Assembly: GCA_010093745.1 (NCBI GenBank)
Contig: MU005960.1
Span: 62,001 to 126,000, forward strand
Length of the DNA: 64,000 nt
DNA from: Piedraia hortae CBS 480.64
Taxonomy: Eukaryota
Reading direction: 5' to 3'
Part shown: one piece after another, positions 63,471 through 64,000 of the stretch
How positions within the stretch are numbered: position 1 is the stretch's first letter
Layout of the letters: each line of letters begins with the position of its first letter
Notes under the pieces: model-generated
What the model saw: only the letters and a program-made list of their open reading frames with translations
Database searches by the model: none
Told to the model about the DNA's origin: nothing
Position numbers and translations under genes: made by a program

Positions 63471-64000
63471 CACTCATACACACAACTCTACTCACTATCC
63501 ATCGTTCTCACTGGCATGTACCATCTGTTTCAGAAGTAGTATGCCATGCAGTGTCAGAATTTGGGAACTAAGGTATACTTATGGTTTTGGTATACCCGCT
63601 AACCCAGAAGATGAACACAGTCATTCTCGTTAAGAACCGGTCATGCTGCCCGTAGCACTGCAACGTCTGAACAGTTACATCATTGTCCTAGATTACTTTT
63701 CCAATTGCGGATTGGCAACTGACATGACAGCATATATGATAGCTGTCACTGTTCGCACGTCGCAGTCGTAATCTTTGAAAGACCCCGGTTGAGAAAGACC
63801 TAGGACACTTCTGTTGGTATATGCTCACGTCCTCATTACAATGAGGCTTCATGCCGACACCGCTGACAGTAATGATTAACAAATCTTCCCAGGTGAAAAC
63901 TCGAAAGAGACCATATATCAGGTCCACTGCCATTGAAACAGCACTACCTCACAGTTGTTCTTACCTGCACACAAGCCTTACCTAGATGAAAAACAGACAA

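Overview
Eukaryotic fungal DNA (filamentous ascomycete; the gene content and very compact layout suggest a small-genome Dothideomycete, which is an inference). Housekeeping genes are tightly packed, with short GT-AG introns (about 45-65 nt): an HMG-box factor, MRPL34, RPA14-like, STE24, a WW/PhoD-like protein, RPL38, MNS1, a YOR1-like ABC transporter, LYS1, MSM1, a GH76 hydrolase, GFA1, RCY1 and a synaptojanin. Between them lie accessory islands at about 8-17 kb, 31-34 kb, 40-48 kb and 61-64 kb. These hold LINE and Ty3/gypsy relics, three copies of a ~360-bp LTR-like repeat, TPR/NLR-like genes and relics, and seven decayed copies or fragments of one F-box/LRR family, several of which share upstream sequence. 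Most notable: the F-box/LRR pseudogene family (one copy starts MQLRSGR), RCY1 and synaptojanin start codons only 27 bp apart, a nested multi-stem ncRNA candidate upstream of STE24, a ~520-bp foldback just downstream of GFA1, and recurrent C/A-rich to G/T-rich composition switches. All alignments were done by eye; no searches were run.
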